Source: Gammaproteobacteria bacterium (lineage in GTDB: Bacteria; Pseudomonadota; Gammaproteobacteria; UBA4575). Taken from it: a stretch of DNA of 64,000 bases. Shown one piece after another: positions 50,058 to 60,907 of the stretch (positions are counted from its first letter, which is position 1; the number at the start of each line of letters is the position of its first letter). The DNA is taken from NCBI GenBank assembly GCA_965243395.1, contig CBDEUS010000001.1:576001-640000 (forward strand), in the 5' to 3' direction. Position numbers and translations under genes: made by a program. The notes beneath the pieces are model-generated. The model saw nothing but the letters and a program-made list of their open reading frames with translations, searched no databases and was not told where the DNA came from.

Positions 50058-51695
50058 CTAATAAGTAGCATAAACAGGCTTGGGTAAAGTGCTCACAAGA
50101 TTAGGATCGAGAATAGTATCGATATTTTCTAAAGTTGGATCTGTATCAGGGTAATCTAATGTGTAGTGTAAACCACGGCTTTCTTTTCTTCTCAATGCGC
50201 TACGAATAATCAAATCTGCAACCAGTGTTAAATTTCTTAATTCAATAAGATCACTGCTCACACGGAAGTTACTATAGTATTCGTCAATCTCTGAGGTAAG
50301 CAGATCAACACGATGTTTAGCGCGTTGTAAGCGTTTGTTAGTGCGAACAATCCCAACATAGTCCCACATAAATCTTCGTAATTCATCCCAGTTGTGTGCA
50401 ACTACAATTTCTTCATCCGGTTCGGTTACACGGCTTTCGTCCCAATGTGGAATGTCTACGTCACTACTTACTTTAGGTCCTTTTCTATTAATTAATTCAC
50501 TTGTAGATGAAGCGAATACAAGACATTCTAAGAGCGAATTACTTGCCATGCGATTGGCCCCATGCAAACCAGTGTGAGTGGTTTCACCGATAGCATATAA
50601 GTTTTCAACATCCGTTTGACCTTTTAAATCTGTCATCACGCCACCACATGTGTAATGTGCTGCAGGTACAACTGGAACAGGATCTTTGGCCATGTCATAG
50701 CCAAGCTTTAAGCAACGCGCATAAACATTGGGGAAGTGTTTTTGGATAAAGCTCTTTGGTTTATGACTGATGTCAAGGTATACACAGTCAACGCCCATTT
50801 GTTTCATTTTATAATCTATTGCGCGTGCCACAATATCACGCGGAGCGAGCACACCGCGGGGATCAAACTCATGTGCAAACTCGCTACCATTTGGTAATAG
50901 CAATTTGCCGCCTTCACCGCGAACGGCTTCAGTAATTAAATAAGATTTAGCTGTCGGATGATATAAGCATGTTGGATGGAATTGCATGAACTCCATATTT
51001 GCAACTCGGCAGCCCGCGCGCCAAGCCATAGCAATACCATCACCGGAGGCTCCATCCGGATTGCTGGTATATAAATATACTTTACTTGCGCCACCTGTAG
51101 CTAAAACAATGTGTTTGGCTTTGAAAGTTTTAACTTTATTTTCTTCCGTGTCGAGCACATACGCGCCAACGCACTGATTAGTATTTTTTTTAGCTAAGTG
51201 TTTATGTGTTGTTATTAAATCAATGGCAATATGGTGATCGAATAACTCAATATTGTTTTTCTCTTGAGTATTTTTGATTAAAGCATTTTCTATTGCCCAA
51301 CCCGTTGCATCTGCGGCGTGCACAACTCGGCGGTGGGTATGACCGCCTTCACGCGTAAGATGCAAATATTTTTTTCCGTCTAATCCTGTTTCGTAGGTAA
51401 ATTCAACACCCAGCTCTAACAACCAAGTAATCATTTCTTTACCATGCGAGACAGTATGTAAAACAGCTGATTCATCACAAAGACCAGCACCGGCATCGAG
51501 GGTATCTGCCATGTGTTGTTCTATGGAATCATCGTCGTCCATAACGGCAGAAATTCCCCCTTGTGCCCAGGCAGTACTGCCATCATCAAGTGGACCTTTG
51601 GAAATTACCGCAACGCGATACCCATTATCCAAGCGTAATGCCAGGCTTAAGCCTGCCGCGCCACTACCAATTATTAGAGCATCAAACTCATACAT
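50058..51695 (-). CDS. nadB: L-aspartate oxidase
   Basis: Begins MYEFDALIIGSGAAGL. WAQGG, REGGH, QFHPT, HYTCGG and GLHGANRMASNSL motifs. Divergent from rpoE. Confidence 0.96.
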   Translation of the reverse strand: MYEFDALIIGSGAAGLSLALRLDNGYRVAVISKGPLDDGSTAWAQGGISAVMDDDDSIEQHMADTLDAGAGLCDESAVLHTVSHGKEMITWLLELGVEFTYETGLDGKKYLHLTREGGHTHRRVVHAADATGWAIENALIKNTQEKNNIELFDHHIAIDLITTHKHLAKKNTNQCVGAYVLDTEENKVKTFKAKHIVLATGGASKVYLYTSNPDGASGDGIAMAWRAGCRVANMEFMQFHPTCLYHPTAKSYLITEAVRGEGGKLLLPNGSEFAHEFDPRGVLAPRDIVARAIDYKMKQMGVDCVYLDISHKPKSFIQKHFPNVYARCLKLGYDMAKDPVPVVPAAHYTCGGVMTDLKGQTDVENLYAIGETTHTGLHGANRMASNSLLECLVFASSTSELINRKGPKVSSDVDIPHWDESRVTEPDEEIVVAHNWDELRRFMWDYVGIVRTNKRLQRAKHRVDLLTSEIDEYYSNFRVSSDLIELRNLTLVADLIIRSALRRKESRGLHYTLDYPDTDPTLENIDTILDPNLVSTLPKPVYATY

Positions 51696-51813
51696 ATAAT
51701 GTAAATATAGGCATTTCTTACTTATTCGTCTGACATTGTGGCATATAAGGCGTGATCTGGTTAACAAAATCCTACCACTTAGCGGTAGAATCCATCCCAG
51801 AGTAGGGGAAGTA

Positions 51814-51840
51814 GAACTCTTAACCGATAACATTGTCATA
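51814..51840 (+). promoter_or_regulatory. Putative sigmaE-dependent promoter of rpoE
   Basis: GAACTC-N16-TCATA, compared with the RpoE/AlgU consensus GAACTT-N16/17-TCnnA. Confidence 0.55.
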
Positions 51841-51886
51841 CAGCTACGGATAGTTAAAAATCCGTACTTACAGGAGTTTAGCCCTG

Positions 51887-52462
51887 ATGGGCGAGAATAA
51901 TAACGATAAGGAGCTTGTGAAGCGGGCTCAAAAGGGGGACAAAGTAGCGTTTGATACGCTGGTAACCAAATATCACTTAAAGGTAGTGAATTTGGTGACT
52001 CGCTTCGTGAAAGATGCTGATGATGCTCAAGATGTTGCACAGGAAGCTTTCATTAAGGCATACCGCGGTCTTAAAAATTTTCGAGGCGACAGCGCTTTCT
52101 ATACATGGTTGTATAGAATTGCGATTAACTCTGCGAAGAACTATTTAGTGTCGCAGAGTCGGAAGACACCTGCATTTGCAGTAGATGTTGATGATGCTGA
52201 ACACATGGAATCAGCAACTAATTTGAAAGAGTATGACACGCCAGAAGGCAACATGCTCACAAATGAAATTGAAGAGACAGTTTATAAAGCGATCAAGGAG
52301 TTGCCAGAAGATTTGAAAACTGCAATAACATTACGCGAGTTAGAAGGCATGACTTATGATGAGATTGCAAATGTAATGGAATGTCCAATTGGAACTGTGA
52401 GATCAAGGATATTTCGCGCACGAGAAGCAATCGATAAACACCTTAAACCGCTATTAAGTTAA
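51887..52462 (+). CDS. rpoE: ECF sigma factor RpoE
   Basis: DVAQEAFIKAYR, FRGDSAFYTWLYRIAIN.AKN and CPIGTVRSRIFRARE. Confidence 0.97.
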   Translation: MGENNNDKELVKRAQKGDKVAFDTLVTKYHLKVVNLVTRFVKDADDAQDVAQEAFIKAYRGLKNFRGDSAFYTWLYRIAINSAKNYLVSQSRKTPAFAVDVDDAEHMESATNLKEYDTPEGNMLTNEIEETVYKAIKELPEDLKTAITLRELEGMTYDEIANVMECPIGTVRSRIFRAREAIDKHLKPLLS

Positions 52463-52502
52463 ATGAGGCTGTTAATCTTGTATTACAAGGAATGAATTAA
52501 AC

Positions 52503-53078
52503 ATGAAGGAAACAAATCAAGAGTTATTATCAAAAATATTAGATGAAGATATTTCTGAGTTTGAAGCGCAACGCATCTTGAAAGAAATAAAAACGGACGA
52601 TGAGCTTCGTTCGACATTGCAACGTTATGACTTGATTGGTCATGTAATGCGTAAAGAATTGCCTAAAGGATATAACCAAAACTTTGTGCATAATGTAATG
52701 AGTCAACTCGAACGAGAAGAAATGGATGCACCTGATCCAGAGTTAAATGAAGTTAATACAGAAAGTAAATTTAAAACATTTATTGGTCTAGCCATCGCTG
52801 CATCCGTTGCCGTATTTTCATTTATTGCCTTCCAAAATTTTTTACAGCCAGAGACTGACACTAAACCACCAGCAATTGTTGCTGATCGTGTGGTTGAAGA
52901 AAGTGATATACAGCGTGTAAGCAGTGAAGATTTGCAAAATTTTATATCTAATCCTGAAGCTGCCGCGAGTTTCAATAGTTATATAATGAATCATGCTGAA
53001 TATGCGTCACCACGTGTTTCCGTTCCACATGTGAGAATTGTAGGATACGGAAAAGATGAAATAGAAAAAAACAATTAA
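52503..53078 (+). CDS. rseA: Anti-sigmaE factor RseA/MucA
   Basis: E.LS...D, RY.LIG.VMR, AIAASVA TM segment and Y...H..Y motif. Synteny with rpoE. Confidence 0.88.
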   Translation: MKETNQELLSKILDEDISEFEAQRILKEIKTDDELRSTLQRYDLIGHVMRKELPKGYNQNFVHNVMSQLEREEMDAPDPELNEVNTESKFKTFIGLAIAASVAVFSFIAFQNFLQPETDTKPPAIVADRVVEESDIQRVSSEDLQNFISNPEAAASFNSYIMNHAEYASPRVSVPHVRIVGYGKDEIEKNN

Positions 53079-53085
53079 GCTGCTA

Positions 53086-54066
53086 ATGAATTTATTTCGA
53101 CTGCCCATAATTCTTTTAATTACGTGCAGCCTTTCTCTTGCATCAGTTTCTATTTTTGCTGAAGAGAACAGTCTTCAGCATATACTTGGAAAAATGAATC
53201 AAACTCTAGAGAGAGGAAATTACGAAGGTACATTTGTATTCATGCACAATGGCAATGTTGAAACCATGCGTATCGTACATGGCTATTCTGAAAATGGAGT
53301 GCGTGAAAAACTAGTTTCTCTCACTGGTGATGCACGGGAAGTGATACGTGATCAAGATATATTAACTTGTATTTGGCCGCGCGATAAACTTGTAGTGATC
53401 GAAACGGCAAGCACTACCCATGGTTTACCATCATCTTTGCCTACAGATCTAAATGATTTAGCCTTTCATTACAAATTGACAGAAGTTGGGCAAGCAAGGA
53501 TAGCGGGTCATGATTGTATGATTGTTCGTTTTGAACCTCTCGATGAGTTTCGTTATGGGCATGAATTGTGTGTAGAAGCTCAACAAGGAATGCTTTTGGA
53601 GTCAAAAACGTTTGATACTTCAGGTAAGACTATAGAGAAAATGATGTTTACTAGTTTTCGTATGCGTGATTCGGCTCCTGAAAAGCTATTCGAACCTAGT
53701 GTTGAATTAAATGATTACACCTGGAAAACAGCAAGCGTTGAATTAAATGGTGAACTACAGCCCGACCAAGCATGGAAAATAGAAAATCTTCCGCCAGGAT
53801 TTTCGCTTCAGAGTGTTTCTCGCAGATTGATGAGTGCGAGTAATAATCCGGTACAACATATGGTTTTAACAGATGGCTTAGCTTCGGTGTCGGTATTCAT
53901 TAGTAAAGTTGATAATCCTGAACAGGTTTATAAAGGTGCGCATAAACAGGGTGTGATTAACGCGTATGCAAGAGATCTTAATCAACATCAAATAACGGTG
54001 GTTGGCGAAGTGCCTGAGGGAACAGTTAAAATGATTGGCACGTCGGTATTTTATTCGAATCCTTAA
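53086..54066 (+). CDS. rseB: SigmaE regulatory protein RseB/MucB
   Basis: NYEGTFV, EKL.SL.G..RE, D.FRYG, DGLASVSVF and ITVVGEVP motifs. Confidence 0.92.
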   Translation: MNLFRLPIILLITCSLSLASVSIFAEENSLQHILGKMNQTLERGNYEGTFVFMHNGNVETMRIVHGYSENGVREKLVSLTGDAREVIRDQDILTCIWPRDKLVVIETASTTHGLPSSLPTDLNDLAFHYKLTEVGQARIAGHDCMIVRFEPLDEFRYGHELCVEAQQGMLLESKTFDTSGKTIEKMMFTSFRMRDSAPEKLFEPSVELNDYTWKTASVELNGELQPDQAWKIENLPPGFSLQSVSRRLMSASNNPVQHMVLTDGLASVSVFISKVDNPEQVYKGAHKQGVINAYARDLNQHQITVVGEVPEGTVKMIGTSVFYSNP

Positions 54067-54092
54067 AAAATAATAAAAATTATATTTATATT

Positions 54093-54120
54093 AAACTTTT
54101 TGCTTTTTTTAAATGTCTAT
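54093..54120 (+). promoter_or_regulatory. Possible sigmaE promoter of degP
   Basis: AAACTT-N17-TCTAT upstream of the protease gene. Confidence 0.35.
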
Positions 54121-54201
54121 CTAGACATTGCTAACATGTGATCATGTTAGTGAAAGACTTCGTTATTAAAAGTAAATCACTAGCCAGAATGGAGTGAGGG
54201 T

Positions 54202-55638
54202 ATGAAGAATAGGAATGTTTTTGCTAGTTTATTAATTAGTTTTGCAATTCTAGTAACTTTAACAGTAAATAACGCAGCTGCACGGTATAACCTACCTGAT
54301 TTCACTGAACTAGTTGAAGAACATGCTGATGCAGTTGTTAATATTAGCACGAGCAAACAAACAGAAGTTAGACGGGGTTTGCCGCCAGGGATGGATATAC
54401 CCGAGTTACCGGAGGGCAGCCCATTTGGTGATTTATTTGAAAAGTTTTTTGGTGAACATGGCGGCAATGGTGAAGAGTTTTTCAATTCACGCTCATTAGG
54501 CTCAGGTTTTATTATTTCGCAAGACGGATATGTGATAACAAATCACCATGTTGTTAAGGGTGCCGATGAAATTATTGTTAAACTTAGCGATCGTAGACAA
54601 TTAGTAGCTGAAATCATCGGCAGTGATCCCCGCAGTGATATCGCTTTACTTAAACTTGAAGGAAATGATTTTCCAAGCGTCAAACTTGGTGACTCAGATG
54701 CAATAAAAGTTGGGCAGTGGGTCTTAGCTATTGGTTCTCCATTTGGGTTTGATGCATCCGTGACTGCTGGAATTGTTAGTGCTAAGGGTAGAAGTCTTCC
54801 AAGCGAAAACTATGTTCCTTTTATTCAAACTGACGTGGCGATCAATCCTGGAAATTCTGGTGGACCATTGTTTGATTTAGATGGCAAAGTTGTAGGAATT
54901 AATTCGCAAATTTACACCCGTTCTGGTGGTTTTATGGGTCTTTCATTTGCAATTCCAATTGAAGATGCTATGGATGTTGTTGAACAACTGAAAACGCATG
55001 GATATGTATCGCGCGGATGGTTAGGTGTTTATATCCAGGAAGTGACACGTGAATTAGCGGAATCATTTGGAATGGAAAAACCAACAGGGGCTTTGGTTGC
55101 AAAAATTCTGGAAGATAGTCCTGCCCAGGATACGGATATACAAATTGGCGATATTATTCTTGATTATAATGGAAAAGAAGTTAAGAACTCCGCCTCACTC
55201 CCGCCTATGGTAGGACGCACACGTGTAGGTGAAGTTGTTAAATTAAAAATAATGCGCGATGGAAAAACTAAAACGGTTAAGTTAAAAATTGGGCAATTGC
55301 CAGAGAAAGGGCAAACGTTAGCAGGAAAGAAAGACCTTAAAGACGAGACTGAAGATACTGTTTTTGGCTTGTCTTTACGTCCATTAACTGAAGAAGAGAT
55401 GGAAAATCTGGAACTAGAAAATAATGGGCTATTAGTACTTGATGTGCTAAACGGAGCAGCAAAATCCGCAGGTATACGCAAAGGTGATGTGATTCAGATG
55501 ATCAATGGTGAACCGGTAGACAGTGTAAAAGCGTTTAGCAAGCTCATCGATGATCTTCCAGAAGGAAAATTTGTTTCTATGCTAGTACAACGCTCACATG
55601 GCCCGGAGTTTTTAGCGATGAGAATTCCAGAAAAGTAG
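54202..55638 (+). CDS. degP: DegP/MucD (HtrA) periplasmic serine protease
   Basis: GSGFII, TNHHV, DIALL, INPGNSGGPL and two PDZ domains. Confidence 0.92.
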   Translation: MKNRNVFASLLISFAILVTLTVNNAAARYNLPDFTELVEEHADAVVNISTSKQTEVRRGLPPGMDIPELPEGSPFGDLFEKFFGEHGGNGEEFFNSRSLGSGFIISQDGYVITNHHVVKGADEIIVKLSDRRQLVAEIIGSDPRSDIALLKLEGNDFPSVKLGDSDAIKVGQWVLAIGSPFGFDASVTAGIVSAKGRSLPSENYVPFIQTDVAINPGNSGGPLFDLDGKVVGINSQIYTRSGGFMGLSFAIPIEDAMDVVEQLKTHGYVSRGWLGVYIQEVTRELAESFGMEKPTGALVAKILEDSPAQDTDIQIGDIILDYNGKEVKNSASLPPMVGRTRVGEVVKLKIMRDGKTKTVKLKIGQLPEKGQTLAGKKDLKDETEDTVFGLSLRPLTEEEMENLELENNGLLVLDVLNGAAKSAGIRKGDVIQMINGEPVDSVKAFSKLIDDLPEGKFVSMLVQRSHGPEFLAMRIPEK

Positions 55639-55778
55639 CTTGCTCTAAAGGGATAAGTTACAAGGAAAAGTTAGTAATAACGATTGAAAATAAGCGATAA
55701 TCAGGCCTGCTCGATTAACTAAATAGAAGACTGACAGGCCTAGAGGGGAACTTCATAAAGTATTCCCTAAAATATTTT

Positions 55779-57569
55779 ATGAAGCACATTCGCAACTTTT
55801 CTATTATTGCGCATATTGACCACGGAAAATCTACCTTAGCGGATCGTTTTATCCAGCATTGTGGCGGCTTGTCTGAGCGTGAGATGAGCGAGCAAGTATT
55901 GGATTCAATGGATCTTGAACGTGAACGTGGTATCACCATCAAAGCTCAAAGTGTTTCTTTGCAATATAAGGCAAGCGATGGCGAAACATACCAACTCAAT
56001 ATAATTGATACCCCTGGGCATGTTGATTTTTCATATGAGGTTTCACGTTCTTTGGCTGCTTGTGAAGGTGCATTATTGGTAGTAGATGCCTCACAAGGGG
56101 TGGAAGCCCAAAGTGTGGCAAATTGCTACACAGCTATTGACCTCGGTTTAGAAATTCTTCCTGTTTTAAATAAAATGGATTTAGCGTCTGCAGATCCTGA
56201 TCGTGTTGCTGAAGAAATTGAAGAAGTAATTGGAATTGATGCAACGGATCCTTTACTTGTAAGTGCAAAAACAGGATTGGGTGTTGAAGATACGCTTGAT
56301 GCAATCATAAAACATTTTCCAGCTCCAGGCGGAGATGAAAATGCTCCGCTGAAAGCTTTAATTGTTGATTCATGGTTTGATAGTTATGTAGGTGTTATTT
56401 CTCTAGTACGTGTGATGGATGGTGAAATAAAACCGAAGCAAAAAGTCACTGCCATCTCATCAGGTCGAAGTTATCAAGTTGAAAAAGTTGGAATTTTTAC
56501 ACCCAAACGTACTGAAAGTGAAAGTTTAAAAACTGGTCAGGTTGGTTACATAATTTGTGGTATCAAAGATATTAATGCTGCAAAAGTTGGTGATACGTTT
56601 ACCAGTACGTCAAATTCAGCAGAACAAGCCTTAGAAGGATTTAAAGAAGTACAGCCAAATGTTTTTGCGGGCATGTTCCCAGTAAGTTCAGATGATTATG
56701 AATCATTTCGCGATGCACTGGATAAGTTAAGTTTAAACGATGCCGCATTTAGTTATGAACCGGAAACATCTGATGCTCTTGGGTTCGGTTTCCGTTGCGG
56801 TTTTCTCGGAATGTTGCATATGGAAATCGTTCAAGAACGTTTGGAGCGTGAGTACAGTTTAGATCTCATAACGACTGCACCAACTGTTATCTATGAAGTG
56901 CATAAAAATGATGGTGAAGTTCTGCAAATACATAACCCATCAGATTTACCTGAAACCAGTAAAATAAAAGAAATACGTGAACCTATTATTCATGCTTCGA
57001 TATTAGTGCCACATGATTATGTAGGTAATGTAATTACTTTATGTATTGAGAAACGAGGTGTACAGAAGAATCTTACATATCATGGAAATCAAGTATCAAT
57101 TAATTTCGAAATACCGCTAAGTGAAGTCGTTTTAGACTTTTTTGATAAATTAAAATCAGTGAGCAGAGGTTACGCATCATTTGATTATTATCAGTCCAAA
57201 TTTGAAGGCGCACCATTAGTTAAGCTGGATATTTTGATTAATGGTGAGCGAGTAGATGCTTTATCTGTAATCGTACACAAAGAACAAGCTGCAAATTACG
57301 GTAGAGACTTGGCAGTAAAAATGAAAGATATCATTCCAAGGCAGATGTATGATGTTGCTATTCAAGCTGCGATCGGATCAAAAATTATTGCAAGAACCAC
57401 TACAAAAGCGTTGCGTAAAAATGTAACTGCAAAATGTTATGGCGGTGATGTAACTAGAAAGAAAAAGCTGTTAGAAAAACAAAAAGCTGGGAAAAAGCGC
57501 ATGAAGCAAATTGGTAAAGTTGAAATTCCGCAAGAAGCTTTTTTAGCAGTATTGCGCGTAGAGAAATAA
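55779..57569 (+). CDS. lepA: Elongation factor 4
   Basis: [35 protein letters not shown] and KCYGGD. Confidence 0.98.
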   Translation: MKHIRNFSIIAHIDHGKSTLADRFIQHCGGLSEREMSEQVLDSMDLERERGITIKAQSVSLQYKASDGETYQLNIIDTPGHVDFSYEVSRSLAACEGALLVVDASQGVEAQSVANCYTAIDLGLEILPVLNKMDLASADPDRVAEEIEEVIGIDATDPLLVSAKTGLGVEDTLDAIIKHFPAPGGDENAPLKALIVDSWFDSYVGVISLVRVMDGEIKPKQKVTAISSGRSYQVEKVGIFTPKRTESESLKTGQVGYIICGIKDINAAKVGDTFTSTSNSAEQALEGFKEVQPNVFAGMFPVSSDDYESFRDALDKLSLNDAAFSYEPETSDALGFGFRCGFLGMLHMEIVQERLEREYSLDLITTAPTVIYEVHKNDGEVLQIHNPSDLPETSKIKEIREPIIHASILVPHDYVGNVITLCIEKRGVQKNLTYHGNQVSINFEIPLSEVVLDFFDKLKSVSRGYASFDYYQSKFEGAPLVKLDILINGERVDALSVIVHKEQAANYGRDLAVKMKDIIPRQMYDVAIQAAIGSKIIARTTTKALRKNVTAKCYGGDVTRKKKLLEKQKAGKKRMKQIGKVEIPQEAFLAVLRVEK

Positions 57570-57580
57570 GTAACCAATTT

Positions 57581-58498
57581 ATGAATCTTAAAGGAATAAT
57601 AATATGTTTGATGCTTGTTACATATGCATCGGTATCGAACGCAGATTTCCTTAAGGTTACTTTATTGGGCACCGGAAGCCCCAGGCCCAGTGTTGATCGT
57701 TATGGCCCAGCTGTATTGGTAGAAGTGGGCGGTAAAAATTTGTTGTTTGATACAGGTAGGGGCGTAGTGCAGCGATTACGAATGCTCGATGTGTCTATTT
57801 CAGGCATTCAGCAGGTCTTTTTTACCCATCTCCATTCCGATCACATTTCTGCTTTAGACGATGTTTGGCTCACAGGCTGGATTTATCAACGTAAAAATCC
57901 ATTACATGTTTATGGTCCGGATGGTACCCAGTCATTCGTAAAGAATATGCAACAAGCATATGAGTTTGATGCAAATCTACGTCATCAATATGCAGGTTTA
58001 GAATCTAATGCTGCAAAAGTGGTTGCGACGAATATAAAACCTGGTGTGATTTTTTCAGAAAATGGAGTCAAGGTAACTGCATTTTTAGTAGATCATAAAC
58101 CTGTTGACCCGGCATATGGGTATCGAATAGATTTTGGTGATCGCTCCGTCGTAATTTCTGGTGATACAACTTATTCACAGAGTTTAGTCGATCATTCTAT
58201 GGGGGTTGATTTATTGGTACATGAAATTATTGCAATAAAAAATGAAATTCTTGATAAAAATCCCCGTTTGCAGAAAATCGAACGCTATCATACTGACCCG
58301 AAGCAACTGATTAAGGTATTAAATGCAGTAAAACCGCGTGTTGCTGTCATGACGCATGTGATAGTGGTTGGAATATCTGAAGACGAAGTGGTTGAACAAA
58401 TAAATAACAGCTATGAAGGTGAGATATATATGGGTGAAGATTTAATGAGTTTCGAAATTGGCAGTAGTATAAAAGTGATACCATACTCAAAAAATTAA
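57581..58498 (+). CDS. RNase Z/arylsulfatase-like MBL-fold hydrolase, possibly exported
   Basis: LLGTGSP, THLHSDH, V.H.PV.PAYGYR and SGDT motifs. Signal-peptide-like N-terminus. Confidence 0.85.
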   Translation: MNLKGIIICLMLVTYASVSNADFLKVTLLGTGSPRPSVDRYGPAVLVEVGGKNLLFDTGRGVVQRLRMLDVSISGIQQVFFTHLHSDHISALDDVWLTGWIYQRKNPLHVYGPDGTQSFVKNMQQAYEFDANLRHQYAGLESNAAKVVATNIKPGVIFSENGVKVTAFLVDHKPVDPAYGYRIDFGDRSVVISGDTTYSQSLVDHSMGVDLLVHEIIAIKNEILDKNPRLQKIERYHTDPKQLIKVLNAVKPRVAVMTHVIVVGISEDEVVEQINNSYEGEIYMGEDLMSFEIGSSIKVIPYSKN

Positions 58499-58508
58499 TT
58501 TACAACTT

Positions 58509-59327
58509 ATGCAGCTTGATTATTCAAAACCATTATTGATGGGTGTGTTAAATGTCACCCCAGATAGCTTTTCTGATGGGGGCATGTATCCTTCATCCAA
58601 AGATGCAATTACACGTGGATTGGAAATGGTTGAGCAGGGCGCCGATATTATCGATATTGGTGGGGAGTCAACACGGCCGGGAGCAGAACGAATTGATGCT
58701 ACCGAACAAAAACGCAGAGTACTGGATGTAATCGCAGGCTTACGCAAAGAACTTGCCGATACGATTCATATCAGTATCGATACGACACTTTCTGAAGTGG
58801 CTGCTGCGGCACTTGATTCAGGTGCAACGATGCTAAATGATGTCAGTGCGGGTGCTGAAGATGAGGCGATGTTAAATCTTGCGGCTGATGTAAGTGTTCC
58901 AATATGTTTAATGCATATGCAAGGTGAGCCGGGCACAATGCAGGATAATCCAAGCTATGATGATGTCACGCGTGAAGTAGCAGATTATTTACGCCAGCGA
59001 GCTCATTATGCTGAAAGTATAGGTATAAAAAAAGAAAATATTATTCTTGATCCGGGGATTGGTTTTGGTAAGCGTACTCAGCATAATCTTGAATTATTGC
59101 GTAATCTAGAAAATATTGTTGAGATTGGTTATCCCGTGTTGCTTGGAACTAGTCGCAAGCGATTTATGGGCGAACTTGCGCGAGAGGATGACCCGCGAAA
59201 AAGAATGCCTGCTACCTGCGCAACAACCGCTTTAGGTGTTGTTGCGGGGGCAAAAATTTTTCGTGTCCACGATGTTTGGCAAAATCGCCAGGCATTAGAT
59301 GTTACTTGGGGAATTTATAATAGTTAA
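58509..59327 (+). CDS. folP: Dihydropteroate synthase
   Basis: MGVLNVTPDSFSDGG, GGESTRPG, DPGIGFGK, SRKRF and RVHDV. Confidence 0.96.
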   Translation: MQLDYSKPLLMGVLNVTPDSFSDGGMYPSSKDAITRGLEMVEQGADIIDIGGESTRPGAERIDATEQKRRVLDVIAGLRKELADTIHISIDTTLSEVAAAALDSGATMLNDVSAGAEDEAMLNLAADVSVPICLMHMQGEPGTMQDNPSYDDVTREVADYLRQRAHYAESIGIKKENIILDPGIGFGKRTQHNLELLRNLENIVEIGYPVLLGTSRKRFMGELAREDDPRKRMPATCATTALGVVAGAKIFRVHDVWQNRQALDVTWGIYNS

Positions 59328-59587
59328 TTTTTTGATTTGTTTTGAAGTTTTAGTACAGTTTTTTCTTTTTGGTTGTGGCTTAAACGCTTAATTTCAATTT
59401 CTCGAATAGTAGCGCTGCTGCGAGTATGTCCACCTTCGCTATATACAACTCTTAATGGTTTGCGACTTGAAAAAAATTTAGCGCCCCTACCATTGAGATG
59501 TTGTTTAAATCGTCTTTCCACATCAGTGGAGATGCCAGTGTAGTAATAATGATCTTCAGTTTCGATTATGTACACATACCAATTCAT
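59324..59587 (-). CDS. GIY-YIG nuclease family protein (YhbQ-like)
   Basis: WYVYII, YYTGISTDVERRF.QH..G.GAK and A..RE..IK.L motifs. Confidence 0.88.
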   Translation of the reverse strand: MNWYVYIIETEDHYYYTGISTDVERRFKQHLNGRGAKFFSSRKPLRVVYSEGGHTRSSATIREIEIKRLSHNQKEKTVLKLQNKSKN

Positions 59588-59590
59588 AGA

Positions 59591-60229
59591 TTATTCAATT
59601 GTTTGCAATTTTTGATCTAATACGGGCCATACATTTTCAAGAATAATTTTTTGAGCCTCTGCAGTTGGGTGTAAACCATCTTTTTGCATATAATCTATTT
59701 TTAGCGCAACACCATCTAAAATAAAGGGAACGAATGGAATATCATAATCAGTTGCAAGATCCGTAAAGACCTGCTCAAAGCTCTGTGTATATTTTTGCCC
59801 ATAGTTGGGAGGTAGTTTTATTCCCAACAATAACGAGGAACCTACTTCATTACATAAATTTAATATTTGGTCCAGATGCTGCTTCATAAGTTGTGTTGAC
59901 TGACCGCGTAAGCCATTGTTTGCCCCTAATTCAATAATGCATAGTACAGGCTCATGGGTTTCTAATAAATTAGGTAGGCGGGCTAATCCACCTGCGGTAG
60001 TCTCACCACTTACTGATGCGTTAACAACATGCCACTTATTATCTTTTGGATACTTCTCATTTATGCGTTGTTGTAATAAATTTACCCAACCATGTTCGAT
60101 ATCTATCCCATATGCAGCACTTAAGCTGTCCCCAAGAACCAGGATCGTGTTCTCGCGTACATTTTCGTTGGCATAACAATAAGTGAAGCTAACAATATAA
60201 ATAAGAAATACAAAACGGAGTAATATCAT
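59591..60229 (-). CDS. tesA: Arylesterase/acyl-CoA thioesterase I (SGNH family)
   Basis: GDSLSAAYG, NASVSGETT, ELGAN, PPNYG and DGLHP. Confidence 0.92.
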   Translation of the reverse strand: MILLRFVFLIYIVSFTYCYANENVRENTILVLGDSLSAAYGIDIEHGWVNLLQQRINEKYPKDNKWHVVNASVSGETTAGGLARLPNLLETHEPVLCIIELGANNGLRGQSTQLMKQHLDQILNLCNEVGSSLLLGIKLPPNYGQKYTQSFEQVFTDLATDYDIPFVPFILDGVALKIDYMQKDGLHPTAEAQKIILENVWPVLDQKLQTIE

Positions 60230-60905
60230 TTCAGTAACAAGTGTAATTAGTTGTAGTCAGGTTAGTAAAGTTGTCGAATCAGAGGAAGGGCCAATTTCAA
60301 TTCTTGAAGAAATTAACCTTCAAGTCAACGAGGCACAAACTGTCGCAGTAGTAGGGCAATCCGGTTCTGGTAAAACAACCTTGTTAAGTTTATTAGCAGG
60401 ACTAGATATTCCGACCACAGGAAGTATCGAATTGTTCCGACAAACGATTGAAAAACTAAGTGAAGATGAACGTGCAGCGTTACGTAATCAGTATATTGGC
60501 TTTGTTTTTCAAGCTTTTCATTTGGTGCCAGGTTTTACAGCACTAGAAAATGTTATGTTGCCATTAGAAATTAATGACAATAAACAATCAAAAGATATAG
60601 CTAGCACTTTATTAGATCGTGTAGGAATGGAGCATCGAACAAATCATTTTCCAACAACATTATCAGGTGGTGAGCAACAACGTGTTGCCATTGCGCGAGC
60701 GTTTGCCACGACACCGCCTTTATTGTTAGCAGATGAGCCTACTGGCAATTTAGATGCTAATACTGGTAAAAAAATTATTGATTTATTATTTGAATTGAAT
60801 GAAGAAAAAGGTACAGCATTAGTATTGGTTACACACGACCCATCATTAACGGAAAGATGTGATCGCTGTTTTAATTTAGAGTATGGCAAACTAGTTGAGC
60901 TCTAA
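60228..60905 (+). CDS. ybbA: ABC ATP-binding protein YbbA (probable ATT start)
   Basis: Walker A GQSGSGKTT lies in frame upstream of the TTG at 60381. LSGGEQQR and ADEPTGNLD motifs. SD GGAG 7 nt before ATT at 60228. Confidence 0.85.
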   Translation: MSVTSVISCSQVSKVVESEEGPISILEEINLQVNEAQTVAVVGQSGSGKTTLLSLLAGLDIPTTGSIELFRQTIEKLSEDERAALRNQYIGFVFQAFHLVPGFTALENVMLPLEINDNKQSKDIASTLLDRVGMEHRTNHFPTTLSGGEQQRVAIARAFATTPPLLLADEPTGNLDANTGKKIIDLLFELNEEKGTALVLVTHDPSLTERCDRCFNLEYGKLVEL

Positions 60906-60907
60906 GT

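Noticed and set aside
51696-52040. 115-aa N-terminal extension of NadB in the ORF track
   Set aside because: It overlaps rpoE on the opposite strand. NadB homology starts at MYEFDALIIG (51695).
59324-59587. Homing endonuclease or mobile element
   Set aside because: It is a short stand-alone YhbQ-type GIY-YIG protein with no intron or element boundaries.
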